A stretch of DNA of 64,000 nt, from positions 1,312,001 through 1,376,000 of the forward strand of contig OZ242195.1 in the NCBI GenBank assembly GCA_965205975.1, in the 5' to 3' direction. This document shows, in pieces, positions 45,626-55,600 of this stretch. The notes beneath the pieces were generated by a model. The model was given only the letters and a program-made list of their open reading frames with translations. It was not told the origin of the DNA and ran no database searches. The position numbers and the translations under genes were made by a program. Each line of letters opens with the position of its first letter. Within the stretch, counting starts at the first letter, position 1. Origin of the DNA: Candidatus Latescibacterota bacterium (lineage in GTDB: Bacteria > Latescibacterota > UBA2968).

Positions 45626-45736
45626 CAAAAAAACGCCTTGAATCTGCATGAGGGTAGCCCCGCAGGAAGTTTTCCGCTGTTTTAACACCGGGACTTCGAC
45701 AACCATTTCGGCGCCCGGCGGGTTAGGCGTTTTTTG
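45626..45736. ncRNA. Candidate structured RNA of unknown family between hpt and mutL
   Basis: Closing stem CAAAAAAACGCCT/AGGCGTTTTTTG enclosing CTGC..GCAG and CCGGG..CCCGG helices. Confidence 0.4.
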
Positions 45737-45761
45737 TTTTCTTTTTTTATCTATCCTCAAT

Positions 45762-47555
45762 ATGTCCAATAAAATTCGCATACTTCCGGATGATATCGCC
45801 AACCGCATCGCTGCAGGGGAAGTGGTTGAGCGGCCTGCGTCTGTTGCAAAAGAACTGATGGAAAATTCAGTGGATGCGGGATCAGACCGCATTGTCGTTG
45901 AAGTTGCTGCTGGCGGCAAGGAAAGCCTGCGGGTCAGTGATAACGGATACGGAATGTCGCGCGATGACGCGCTTTTAGCACTTGAACGGCACGCGACGAG
46001 CAAAATTCAAAGTCTGGACGATCTAAAAGGGTTGCTCACACATGGATTCAGGGGCGAGGCATTGCCCAGTATTGCCGCTGTTTCGCGCATGACCCTTGAA
46101 ACTCGCCTGGTAGGTGCGGTTGAAGGAACGCGAGTGTCCGTGATAGGTGGGCGCGTGCAGGATGTATCAGCGATTGGTCGCGGGCAGGGTACGGCTGTTA
46201 CATTGCACGGCCTATTTTTTAACGTGCCCGCCAGACGTAAATTTCTTAAAAGTGTCGATACAGAATTTCGGCATATTGTGAACGCGGTGACGGCTATGGC
46301 CATGGCCTATCCCGAGATCGGGTTTGATCTCAAGCACAATGGTCGCCAGGTGCTGCAACTGGGCAGGTCGCGCTTTGATCGGCGGGCAGAACAGATATTT
46401 GGCGTGCGATATGGCGCAGATGCCATCGGTGTTGAGAGCAAGACAAGTGGGATTGAGGTTCGGGGCTTTGTGGGCAAGCCAGAGTCCGCACGGAAATCCG
46501 GCGCCCAACAGGTTTTGATTGTCAATAACCGATGGGTGCAGCACAAAGCCATCGCTTTTGCAGTTTACGAAGGATATGGCGGGCTTTTGCCCAAGGGGCT
46601 TGCGCCATCGTATTGCCTTTGTCTGAACATTGACCCGGCGCGTGTGGATGTCAATGTTCATCCATCAAAGCGCGAGGTTCGCTTTGCCGACGAGCGGTCA
46701 ATTTACGGTCTGATCACCGGAGCGGTTCAACAATCGCTGCGCGGCGCAGATTTGATCCCAGAAATGGGCGATGCTGTTATGCCTGTGGCAGATACACCTG
46801 TGAGCATTGCAGAATCTCCCGAGATTACCTATCAGTTCGGACAGCCCAAAGTTGGCGGACAGCCTCAGATGGCATTGCCGCTAACGATGAGAATGTCGTC
46901 GGGCAAGACAAAGCGGGGAACCGGGGTTAATACCGATGATCTCGATGAAGAGGATTTTACACGGATTTCCGTATGGCAACTGCACAGCAAGTACATTTTG
47001 GCGCACATTAAAAATGGTTTGATTGCGATTGACCAGCAGGTTGCCCATCAGAGGATTTTGTACGAACGCGCCATTGACAATATGCATACCCGTCCCGCAA
47101 CGAGCCAGCGGCTGTTGTTTCCACTTACACTCGATTTTGGCGTCAAAGAAATTCTTATTGTGCGCGAGGCCATGCCCTTGTTGGAAAAAATGGGGTTTGG
47201 CATCCGTGATTTTGGGGGGCATACTGTTGTAGTCGATGCCATTCCTCTGGGATTGAGAACGTGGCAAGACGGGCAGCTTTTGAGAGATATGATTCGCGAT
47301 ATGGCCGAAGCCGAGCAAGCGACTTCTGTTCCGCCTTCTGTGCAAGCGCGACAGGTCGCGCCCGAGGAACATCGGCTCGCATCGGTTTATGCCTGGCATA
47401 CGTCGATTCGCACAGGTGAGGATTTATCGACAGAAGAAATGCGCGCGCTTATCGATCAATTGTTCGCAACGCGAGAGCCTTTCGTCAGTCCTTATGGCAA
47501 GCCGACTCTTGTGAAGATTGGGCTGGATGAAATCGACAATCGGTTTAAGCGGTAG
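45762..47555 (+). CDS. mutL: DNA mismatch repair protein MutL
   Basis: IAAGEVVERPASVAKELMENS, GFRGEAL and DVNVHPSK. Confidence 0.97.
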   Translation: MSNKIRILPDDIANRIAAGEVVERPASVAKELMENSVDAGSDRIVVEVAAGGKESLRVSDNGYGMSRDDALLALERHATSKIQSLDDLKGLLTHGFRGEALPSIAAVSRMTLETRLVGAVEGTRVSVIGGRVQDVSAIGRGQGTAVTLHGLFFNVPARRKFLKSVDTEFRHIVNAVTAMAMAYPEIGFDLKHNGRQVLQLGRSRFDRRAEQIFGVRYGADAIGVESKTSGIEVRGFVGKPESARKSGAQQVLIVNNRWVQHKAIAFAVYEGYGGLLPKGLAPSYCLCLNIDPARVDVNVHPSKREVRFADERSIYGLITGAVQQSLRGADLIPEMGDAVMPVADTPVSIAESPEITYQFGQPKVGGQPQMALPLTMRMSSGKTKRGTGVNTDDLDEEDFTRISVWQLHSKYILAHIKNGLIAIDQQVAHQRILYERAIDNMHTRPATSQRLLFPLTLDFGVKEILIVREAMPLLEKMGFGIRDFGGHTVVVDAIPLGLRTWQDGQLLRDMIRDMAEAEQATSVPPSVQARQVAPEEHRLASVYAWHTSIRTGEDLSTEEMRALIDQLFATREPFVSPYGKPTLVKIGLDEIDNRFKR

Positions 47556-47557
47556 TC

Positions 47558-48478
47558 ATGGCCTCGCTTCGAGATATTCTGGTAATTGCCGGACCGACGG
47601 CATCGGGCAAAACGGCTGTGGGCATTGAACTCGCGCAGAGATTAAATGGCGAGATTATATCGGCAGATGCGCGCCAGATTTATCGTTTTATGGATATTGG
47701 GACGGCAAAACCGACCACTGAAGAACGGGCTGCTGCGCGCCATCACCTCATCGATTTTGTCAATCCCGACGAAGACTATAGCGCGGGGCAATTTGCCGAA
47801 GATGCATCTGCGGTAATTGGAGATATTCAACGTCGCGGCAAGATGCCCATTGTCGTCGGTGGAGCGGGATTGTATATCCGCGCGTTGTTCGATGGCTTTT
47901 CACCTATGCCGAAAATTTCACCAGAGATTCGCGCGCGGTTGCAGGAAGAGGGAAGAGATTGTCTTCCCTCCTTGTACAAAAGGCTGTGTGAGGTCGATCC
48001 GGAATGGGCTGAAAAAATTCAGGCAACCGATACACAACGCATTCTGCGCGGCCTGGAGGTCTATGAAGCGTCGGGTAAGCCGCTTTCTGAATATCAGAAG
48101 GTGCCGCCAACGCCGCCGATCCGTCATACTGCATCTTATTTTGGTTTATACTGGGAGCGCGAAGTACTCTATGACCGGATCAATGCGCGTGCGTGTCTTA
48201 TGTTCGAGAATGGCCTGATTGAAGAAGCCGCAAGCCTTCGCGATAGAGGTTACTCCCCCGATCTAAACGCGCTCAATGCATTTGGATACCGAGAAATATT
48301 TCAATATCTCAATGGTAAGACGACGCTTGATCGCGCACTTGCCGATTTGCAACAGGGTACGCGACGCTATGCCAAACGACAGATGACTTTTTTTCGTAGG
48401 GATAAGCGCTTCAGATGGGTAGATGGTAGTGATGGTGATGTGGCAGATGTCATCTTGCAAAACCTTGAAACATGTTGA
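47558..48478 (+). CDS. miaA: tRNA dimethylallyltransferase
   Basis: GPTASGKT, DARQIY.FMDIGTAKP and TRRYAKRQ.TF; canonical mutL-miaA synteny. Confidence 0.97.
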   Translation: MASLRDILVIAGPTASGKTAVGIELAQRLNGEIISADARQIYRFMDIGTAKPTTEERAAARHHLIDFVNPDEDYSAGQFAEDASAVIGDIQRRGKMPIVVGGAGLYIRALFDGFSPMPKISPEIRARLQEEGRDCLPSLYKRLCEVDPEWAEKIQATDTQRILRGLEVYEASGKPLSEYQKVPPTPPIRHTASYFGLYWEREVLYDRINARACLMFENGLIEEAASLRDRGYSPDLNALNAFGYREIFQYLNGKTTLDRALADLQQGTRRYAKRQMTFFRRDKRFRWVDGSDGDVADVILQNLETC

Positions 48479-48503
48479 CACCAAAGATGAACCCCTATAA
48501 ATT
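48475..48503 (+). promoter_or_regulatory. Sigma70-type promoter for the tRNA
   Basis: TTGACA-17 bp-TAAATT, overlapping the miaA stop. Confidence 0.55.
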
Positions 48504-48519
48504 GGCTATTCCTTGCGGA

Positions 48520-48595
48520 GCGGGAATAACTCAGTTGGTAGAGTGCAAGCTTCCCAAGCTTGATGTCGCGGGTTCGAGTCCCGTTTCCCGCTCCA
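48520..48595 (+). tRNA. tRNA-Gly (anticodon CCC)
   Basis: GCGGGAA/TTCCCGC acceptor stem, CAAGC-TTCCCAA-GCTTG anticodon arm, GGTTCGAGTCC T-arm and encoded CCA; 76 nt. Confidence 0.98.
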
Positions 48596-48610
48596 TTTTT
48601 TTGATAAATT

Positions 48611-49078
48611 ATGAAAAATCTCGAACGCTTCGCACCATATATTCTCATCATAATCTCCTTGGTAGTATCAGGTCATTTCATTCACGTAGCAGCCACGCGA
48701 TCTTTGACCTACCTGGAGGGTGTCATTTTGCAACTCTTTACCTTACTCGCTGGACTGGGGGGATCATTCATCTTTGGTCGCCAGTCGGCGCGTGAGGCCG
48801 CGAGAGAGTTCATCAAGCCACATGCACGGTCTGCATTCCGACGTCTTCTCTCTCTTTATCAGAGTCTTTCTCGAGTAGCGGATGTTATAGAATCATCACG
48901 AAACTCCGAGTCTCCAGAGGAAAATCAAGTGACACTTGCCAAACTCGAAGCAATTGTCGTTGAGCAAATATCTTCGGCAGATGATGCAATAGAGGATTGG
49001 AGAGATATCGTTCCAGAAGATGTGCAAGAGTTAGACCAAAGATTCTCTCCTGATAACACCACGAGGGATAGACAATGA
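48611..49078 (+). CDS. Hypothetical protein with two N-terminal TMs and a helical C-domain
   Basis: ORF track; ATGA coupling to the next gene. Confidence 0.75.
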   Translation: MKNLERFAPYILIIISLVVSGHFIHVAATRSLTYLEGVILQLFTLLAGLGGSFIFGRQSAREAAREFIKPHARSAFRRLLSLYQSLSRVADVIESSRNSESPEENQVTLAKLEAIVVEQISSADDAIEDWRDIVPEDVQELDQRFSPDNTTRDRQ

Positions 49079-49533
49079 CCGAACCAATTCGCGGAAAAGT
49101 TGCATGGGTGCTCAACTCTCGAGAAATTGCCATAAATATAGGCGTTGCCGATGGCGTCACTATGGGCATGTTCTTTGACGTAGAGTACCCCTATGGGGCA
49201 ATTAAAGACCCTGACACGAACGAAGTGTTAGGCTCTATTAAACGCACGAAAGTCAGGGTGCAGATTACTGAAGTTCAAGAGAAATTGGCTGTGGCATCTA
49301 CATACCGATCCACACGAGTGAACCTTGGTGGAGCCGGATTCGACTTTGGTCCATTTTCTCGAGCACTAATGCCATCCGAGTGGATAACAAAGTATGAGAC
49401 ATTAAAAAAATCAGACAGAAAAATTTTGATAGAAGATATTGATGAAGAAGACAGCTTCGTGAAGGTCGGAGATCCAGTCGTTCAAGTCATTGAAGAGATT
49501 GACGCAGAAACAGAAAAAAAAGCGAACACCTGA
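49075..49533 (+). CDS. Hypothetical small beta-rich protein
   Basis: GKVAWVLNSREIAINIG..DGV..G, IKDPDT.EVLG and VKVGDPV pattern (FlgT C-terminal-like). Confidence 0.75.
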   Translation: MTEPIRGKVAWVLNSREIAINIGVADGVTMGMFFDVEYPYGAIKDPDTNEVLGSIKRTKVRVQITEVQEKLAVASTYRSTRVNLGGAGFDFGPFSRALMPSEWITKYETLKKSDRKILIEDIDEEDSFVKVGDPVVQVIEEIDAETEKKANT

Positions 49534-49566
49534 CAACCGCTTTCTGACTTGGGTAAGCAGACCGCG

Positions 49567-49600
49567 GCGGCGAAGAACGATCCATCTTCGCCGCTTTTTT
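49567..49600 (+). terminator. Intrinsic terminator
   Basis: GCGGCGAAGA-loop-TCTTCGCCGC followed by T6. Confidence 0.85.
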
Positions 49601-49656
49601 GATATAGAGTAGAGATTCATTTGATTGGAAAAGACTAATAAATTTAAGGATTTTTC

Positions 49657-50403
49657 ATGGATAATGAAATTCGCATTCACTATGTCAGCCATTTTCTCAA
49701 GCTGAGTTTGTGGTATGCGCGTTTTTTGATGGAACGGGAGGGGATTGCGTTTGAAGATGCGGTTACTTCTCGGGTCAATGTGTATCGCAATACGGATTTT
49801 TTCGATGGTGAGTGCCACCCGGCACGGGGATATAAAGACCCTGATTGGGACGACTGTTTGAAGGGGTTGAAGGCTATTTTCGATCGCTGTGAGGGCGAGG
49901 CCTGGGAAGAAAAAGGGCTGGCCTATTTGTGGCCCCGCGTGAAAAAGGATTATAGCAGACCTTCGACAAAGGGACGTCCTTACGAATGTTGGACATATGA
50001 CGATGGCGATGATTATATCGCGATCCACATTGGCAATGTGTATCAACCCAAATCGCCTTTGAGTGAAATGCGAGATGCATTTATGGGCACATTGCTGCAA
50101 TTGTTAAAGGATACACAGCAACGACGCTCCGATGTGAAGACTGTGAGGTGTGGCAGTTGGCTCAATTCTGCGCCGCCATTTCAAGATCTGTTTCCCAAAA
50201 TCTGGCGCGAGAGCGCAATAGTGAGTCCAAAAGCGGGATATACGATGGGACATTGGGGACAATTTATGGACCGCACGGGGCGGTTTCATATAAAAAATGG
50301 AGCGCATTTGCGGGCAACAGGGGAGTTTCTATATCCCTGTTCGACCTGTTATGCACCGATTGATGAGATTGTAGCGCATCTGGAGGCTATGGTGGAGGGC
50401 TGA
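49657..50403 (+). CDS. Hypothetical protein
   Basis: 248-aa ORF with AAGGA RBS; CGSWLN..PPF..LFP and WGQFMD motifs. Confidence 0.8.
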   Translation: MDNEIRIHYVSHFLKLSLWYARFLMEREGIAFEDAVTSRVNVYRNTDFFDGECHPARGYKDPDWDDCLKGLKAIFDRCEGEAWEEKGLAYLWPRVKKDYSRPSTKGRPYECWTYDDGDDYIAIHIGNVYQPKSPLSEMRDAFMGTLLQLLKDTQQRRSDVKTVRCGSWLNSAPPFQDLFPKIWRESAIVSPKAGYTMGHWGQFMDRTGRFHIKNGAHLRATGEFLYPCSTCYAPIDEIVAHLEAMVEG

Positions 50404-50491
50404 ACGAATCAACGAATCAACGAATCGAAGCCCGTAACGACTTTGGGTGGCGGGGTGGGATTCGTCTATTCGTCTATTCGTCTATTCGTCT
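50403..50491. repeat. Facing 8-bp tandem arrays (AACGAATC)x3 and (ATTCGTCT)x4
   Basis: Read directly at 50403-50426 and 50460-50491. Confidence 0.9.
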
Positions 50492-51718
50492 TTCCAGAGT
50501 CTCGGGGACGAGGAAGAGGAAGATCCCCGCGGCGGAAAGGCCAATGCCTGCAATAGCCAGAGCAGCGGGCGATAGGCCGAGGAAGTCGGCGACATAACCG
50601 ACACATACGGGGCCAGACATGCGCCCGCCGTCGCCGATGAGGCGCCAGAGGCCCAAAAATTCGCTCAGGGCATCGCGGGGTGCGAGGTCGGCTCCCAGGG
50701 TCATCATGGCTCCTGAACTGAGGCCATTGCCAAATCCGAGCAGACTGGCGGCAAGGAGGAGGGCGATAAATTCTCCTGTGATGAGGTCGAGAAAGAAAAA
50801 GGACAGATTGAGGTGGGGAGCAAAGGATTCTGTGAGTGGGATAAGTGCCATGCCAATGGCTTGTAGCGCGAAGCTGGGTACATTGGCGAATTTGCGTCCA
50901 AAGCGATCCATGATGACCCCGGCGGGATAGAACATCATCATGTCGATAAAGCCCGAGATTGACATGATGAGACCGATTTGTTCATATCCCAGATCGAGGA
51001 CTTCAGCGCCGTAAAGCGGTATGATGATATAGCGACCACTGCGAATCGTTTGGGCAAAGAGCTGACCAGTACCTGCGGTGATCAGATTTTTTCTGTGAGC
51101 GTGAAAGATGTTGGCAAAGTGTCTCACAAGGCCGTGTTGCGGTGGCGATACGCGCTTGCGAGAGGCTTCAACGGCGATTGCCGCGACCACTGCGGCTAAG
51201 AGTGAAATACAGCCATAAACGAGAAATGGATATTCTACGGAGGTGGCCGAGGCAATATAGCCACCGATGACAGGTCCCAAAAAGGTGCCGATACGGCTGA
51301 TGCCACCAAAGACAGAGAGGGCACGGCCCCTCTGGTGGACGGCTGTGGCATCGGCCAAATAGGCATATCGCGAGATGTCCCAAAGTGCGCCGCCAATGCC
51401 TCCCACAAAGCGCAGCAAGAAGACCACAAAGATGGTGGGTGCGAAAAAGAGGCCCGCGCCGCACAGTGCAACTGTTATTACCCCCAATAGCATCGCGGAT
51501 TTGCGACCAATGCGGTTGAGCACCATGGCCGCGGGCAGGTCGCCAACGAGATGGCCGATACCCTCAGCAGCGAGTACGAGACCGACGAGGCCGTAGGAAA
51601 TGTCAAACGACTTGGCGTAGAGTGGCAATATGGGGACGATCAGGCCACTGCCCAGTCTGAGTAGAAATGTGGGGATAAAGACGGGGAGGATAAGGGGGTT
51701 GCGGATAATGGCATTCAT
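50474..51718 (-). CDS. MFS transporter
   Basis: About 12 TMs; NRIGRK and GVIMDRFGRK (motif A). Confidence 0.93.
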   Translation of the reverse strand: MNAIIRNPLILPVFIPTFLLRLGSGLIVPILPLYAKSFDISYGLVGLVLAAEGIGHLVGDLPAAMVLNRIGRKSAMLLGVITVALCGAGLFFAPTIFVVFLLRFVGGIGGALWDISRYAYLADATAVHQRGRALSVFGGISRIGTFLGPVIGGYIASATSVEYPFLVYGCISLLAAVVAAIAVEASRKRVSPPQHGLVRHFANIFHAHRKNLITAGTGQLFAQTIRSGRYIIIPLYGAEVLDLGYEQIGLIMSISGFIDMMMFYPAGVIMDRFGRKFANVPSFALQAIGMALIPLTESFAPHLNLSFFFLDLITGEFIALLLAASLLGFGNGLSSGAMMTLGADLAPRDALSEFLGLWRLIGDGGRMSGPVCVGYVADFLGLSPAALAIAGIGLSAAGIFLFLVPETLERRIDE

Positions 51719-51763
51719 TGAACTAAAAAACGAAAATAGGAAGCAAAAAGCAACCACAACACA

Positions 51764-52495
51764 ATGGATTTTCCAATACGCGAAATATGCTATGCGAGCA
51801 GTATTTTTTGGATTGCGGGTAGCTTACAGGGGTTGACAGGGTTTGGGTTTAACCTGCTTTCTGTGCCAGCGATGGTTTTGTGGTTTCCCGCACAGGTGGT
51901 TGTGCCCGGGGTTTTGTTGTCTTATTTGCCTTTGGGCACAGGACAGTTTATTCAACTGTGGCGAGATGTAGATTGGAAGGTGCTGGGGATGATTGTGGGT
52001 ACTGCGATTCTGGGCATGCCTATCGGTGCGTTTATTTTACGCGATACAGATGCAGAGGTGATGAAGCGCGCCATTGGTCTGGCGATGGTGGTATTGGCAA
52101 TTGTTTTGCAATTGCGACCGGGTAATCCATTTCGACATGATGCACTGACCTGTGGGGGGGTGGGGATGTTCAGTGGTTTTTTATCCTCCAGTATCGGCGT
52201 ATCTGGACCGCCTATCGTTCTGTTTGGGCTGAAACAGCGCTGGCCGCAGGCGATGATGCGCGCAACGCTTTTGACCTGTTTTTTGTGTACTTCCACGTTG
52301 AGTCTCTGCGTGTTGTGGGCAGTGGGGGTGTTGACGCTTGAGAGTTTGCAATTCGTCCTCTGGGGGGCACCGGGTTTAATTTTGGGATTTTTGACCGCGA
52401 CTTATCTCCGCGCGCGGGTTCACCAGGTGGCGGTGTTTCGCTGGATATCGATTGGGATGGTGATGGCTGGCGGATTGGCCGCGGCGATTTTTTGA
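51764..52495 (+). CDS. TauE/SafE family exporter
   Basis: AGSLQGLTGFGFNL and GVSGPP; multiple TMs. Confidence 0.9.
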   Translation: MDFPIREICYASSIFWIAGSLQGLTGFGFNLLSVPAMVLWFPAQVVVPGVLLSYLPLGTGQFIQLWRDVDWKVLGMIVGTAILGMPIGAFILRDTDAEVMKRAIGLAMVVLAIVLQLRPGNPFRHDALTCGGVGMFSGFLSSSIGVSGPPIVLFGLKQRWPQAMMRATLLTCFLCTSTLSLCVLWAVGVLTLESLQFVLWGAPGLILGFLTATYLRARVHQVAVFRWISIGMVMAGGLAAAIF

Positions 52496-52617
52496 TGATG
52501 AGCAAGTGCGTGCCTGTCAGTTGATAAAACTCAACGGCCTGTTGATTGGTCAGGCACGCTATTTATTTTATCTTTGTCCTCGACTTTTTCCTCTTCAACC
52601 GAATAAGAGAAAGATGT

Positions 52618-55600
52618 ATGCGTGATATAGATACAACCATTCGCAACTTGATGTCAGAGCGCATTTTACTGCTCGATGGGGCGATGGCTACGATGATTCA
52701 GGCTTATGATCTGGACGAGCAGGCGTTTCGAGGCGATGGCTTTGTCGATCATTCCGTTGATGTGAAGGGGTGTAGCGATCTCTTGTGTCTGACGCAGCCG
52801 CATTTGATCGCGGATGTTCATCGGCGTTTTTTGGATGCTGGAGCGGATATTATCGAGACAAATACGTTTAATGCCACGCCGATTTCAATGGCGGAGTACC
52901 AGCTTCAGGACCGAGTTTACGATCTGAATGTGGCAGCCGCTCGCGTTGCGCGACAAGCAGCGGATGAGGTAACAAGACAAAATCCGAACAAGCCGCGATT
53001 TGTTGCGGGTGCTCTGGGACCAACGAGTTGTACGCTTTCGCTGTCGCCCAATGTGAATGACCCGGCTTTTCGCACGCACACCTTTGAAGATGTTGTCAAG
53101 GGGTATTACGCGCAGATTGAGGGTTTGATGGCAGGGGGAGTGGATATAATCCTGGTGGAGACGGTGTTTGATACACTCACGGCAAAAGCCGCGCTATTTG
53201 CTGTGTCGCGTTATTTCTCGGATTACGGTATAAAAGTGCCCGTGATGATTTCTGGCACAGTGGCCGATCAAAGTGGACGCACGTTATCCGGACAGACGAT
53301 AGAGGCATTCTGGTTGTCGATGGCGCACGCACAACCCTTGAGTGTGGGGATTAACTGCGCTCTCGGTGCGCGGGAAATGCGACCTTATGTGGAGGCTTTG
53401 TCGCATTTTGCACCGGCGTTTATGAGTTGTTATCCCAATGCGGGGTTGCCCAATGAGTTTGGGGAATACGATGATTCTCCGGAGCATATGGCGGGTGTTT
53501 TGGGCGATTTTGCCGCGCAGGGTTGGCTCAATATCGTGGGCGGATGCTGTGGCACTACGCCCGAATATATCGCTGCGATTGCCGAGGCTGTATCCGATAA
53601 GGCACCGAGAAAAATTCCCGAGCGGCCTTCTGTGTCGCGCTTTAGCGGTTTGGAGCCGATGATTATTTATCCGGATTCCAATTTTATTATGATTGGCGAG
53701 CGCACCAATGTAACGGGGTCGCGACGTTTTGCGCGGTTGATCAAAACGGGTGATTATGCGGCGGCACTGGCAGTTGCGCGAGAGCAGGTGGTCGGTGGCG
53801 CGAATATGATTGATGTCAATATGGACGAGGGATTGCTCAATTCAAAAGATGCTATGGCGACGTTTTTAAAGCTGATTGCGGGCGAACCCGATATTGCGCG
53901 CGTGCCAATCGTGATTGACAGTTCCGATTTTGAAGTGATCGAGGCAGGGTTAAAATGTGTGCAAGGCAAGGCGATTGTCAATTCCATCAGTTTGAAAGAG
54001 GGCGAGGCGGTTTTTAAGTCGCAGGCAGAAACCGTGTTGCGCTATGGTGCTGCGGTTGTGGTAATGGCGTTTGATGAGAAGGGGCAGGCGACGTCGATTG
54101 AAGATAAGGTGCGGATTTGCCAGCGTGCATATCGCATTTTGACAGAAGATGTGGGGATGGATGCATCGGATATTATTTTTGATCCGAATATTCTGACCGT
54201 TGCAACGGGTATTGAAGAGCATAACGGTTATGCAGTCAATTTTATCGAGGCAGTGAAGCAGATCAAAGATTTGTGCCCGGGCGCGAAAACGAGTGGTGGC
54301 GTGAGCAATATTTCATTCTCTTTTCGGGGCAATGATTATGTGCGGGAGGCGATTCACGCGGCTTTTTTGTATCACGCCATTCAAGCGGGGCTGGATATGG
54401 GCATTGTCAATGCCGGACAGTTAATGGTGTATGAGGAAATCCCCGAAAATTTGCGCGTGCTGATCGAAGATGTGTTGTTCAACAGGCGGGAAGATGCAAC
54501 GGAACGGCTGGTGGATTTTGCCGAGTCAGTGCGGTCAGAGGGCAAGAGCCGTGAAAAAGACGATGCATGGCGACAGGGGGCGGTTGAAGATCGCTTGAAG
54601 CACGCGCTGTTGCACGGGCAGTCAGAGCATCTGGAAGAGGATCTGGAGGAGGCACTTGGGAAGTACAAACCACTGGAGATGATTGAAGGTCCGTTGATGG
54701 ATGGGATGAATGTGGTGGGCGATTTGTTTGGCGCAGGCAAAATGTTTTTGCCCCAGGTGGTCAAAACAGCGCGCGTGATGAAGCAGGCGGTGGCGTATCT
54801 CGAGCCTTTGATGGAGGATGATAAAGCAGGCGGCGGGGCGCGGGGTAAGGTTCTGATGGCGACGGTGAAGGGGGATGTACACGATATTGGCAAGAATATT
54901 GTGGGCGTGGTTTTGGGGTGCAATAATTACGAGGTGATCGATCTGGGGGTGATGGTGCCCGCGGATCGCATTTTGAAAGTTGCGCGCGAAAAGGCGGTCG
55001 ATATCATCGGGTTGAGCGGTTTGATTACGCCGTCGCTCAATGAGATGGTCCACGTTGCAGGGGAGATGCAGCGCGAAGCGTTTGACGTACCCCTTTTAAT
55101 TGGGGGAGCGACCACGAGCCGCAAGCATACGGCGGTAAAAATTGCGCCGGTTTACGATTATGCAACCGTGCATGTGAAGGATGCTTCACGCGCAACAGGC
55201 GTGGTGGGTACGCTGTTGAACACAGAGCAGCGCGACGAGTATGTGCAGGCAAATCGCGAGTCGCAGCAGCGGGCACTGGCGGAGTTTAATATTTCTCAAA
55301 GGCCGCTTATTTCGTACTCGGATGCACTGGCGCGTCGCCAGACGTTTGATTGGACACAGATTGATCTTCCCAGGCCGAGTTTTACAGATGTTCAGGCTTT
55401 GCGCGATTTCCCAATTTCTCAACTGGTCGAGTTTATCGACTGGGGACCGTTTTTTCATGCCTGGGAGTTGCGGGGCAGTTATCCGAAGATATTAAATGAT
55501 CCTCACAAGGGCGCAGAGGCGCGCAAATTATTCGACGATGCGCAGACGATGCTTCAGGCGATTGCCGATGAGGGATGGCTCAAGGCACAGGCTGTGTACG

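Noticed and set aside
45626..45736. c-di-AMP, purine or 6S RNA assignment
   Set aside because: Only fragmentary similarity and key conserved blocks are absent; kept as an unassigned structure.
48570..49650. Integrative element with attL/attR at tRNA-Gly
   Set aside because: No duplicated tRNA 3' end and no integrase were seen in the window.
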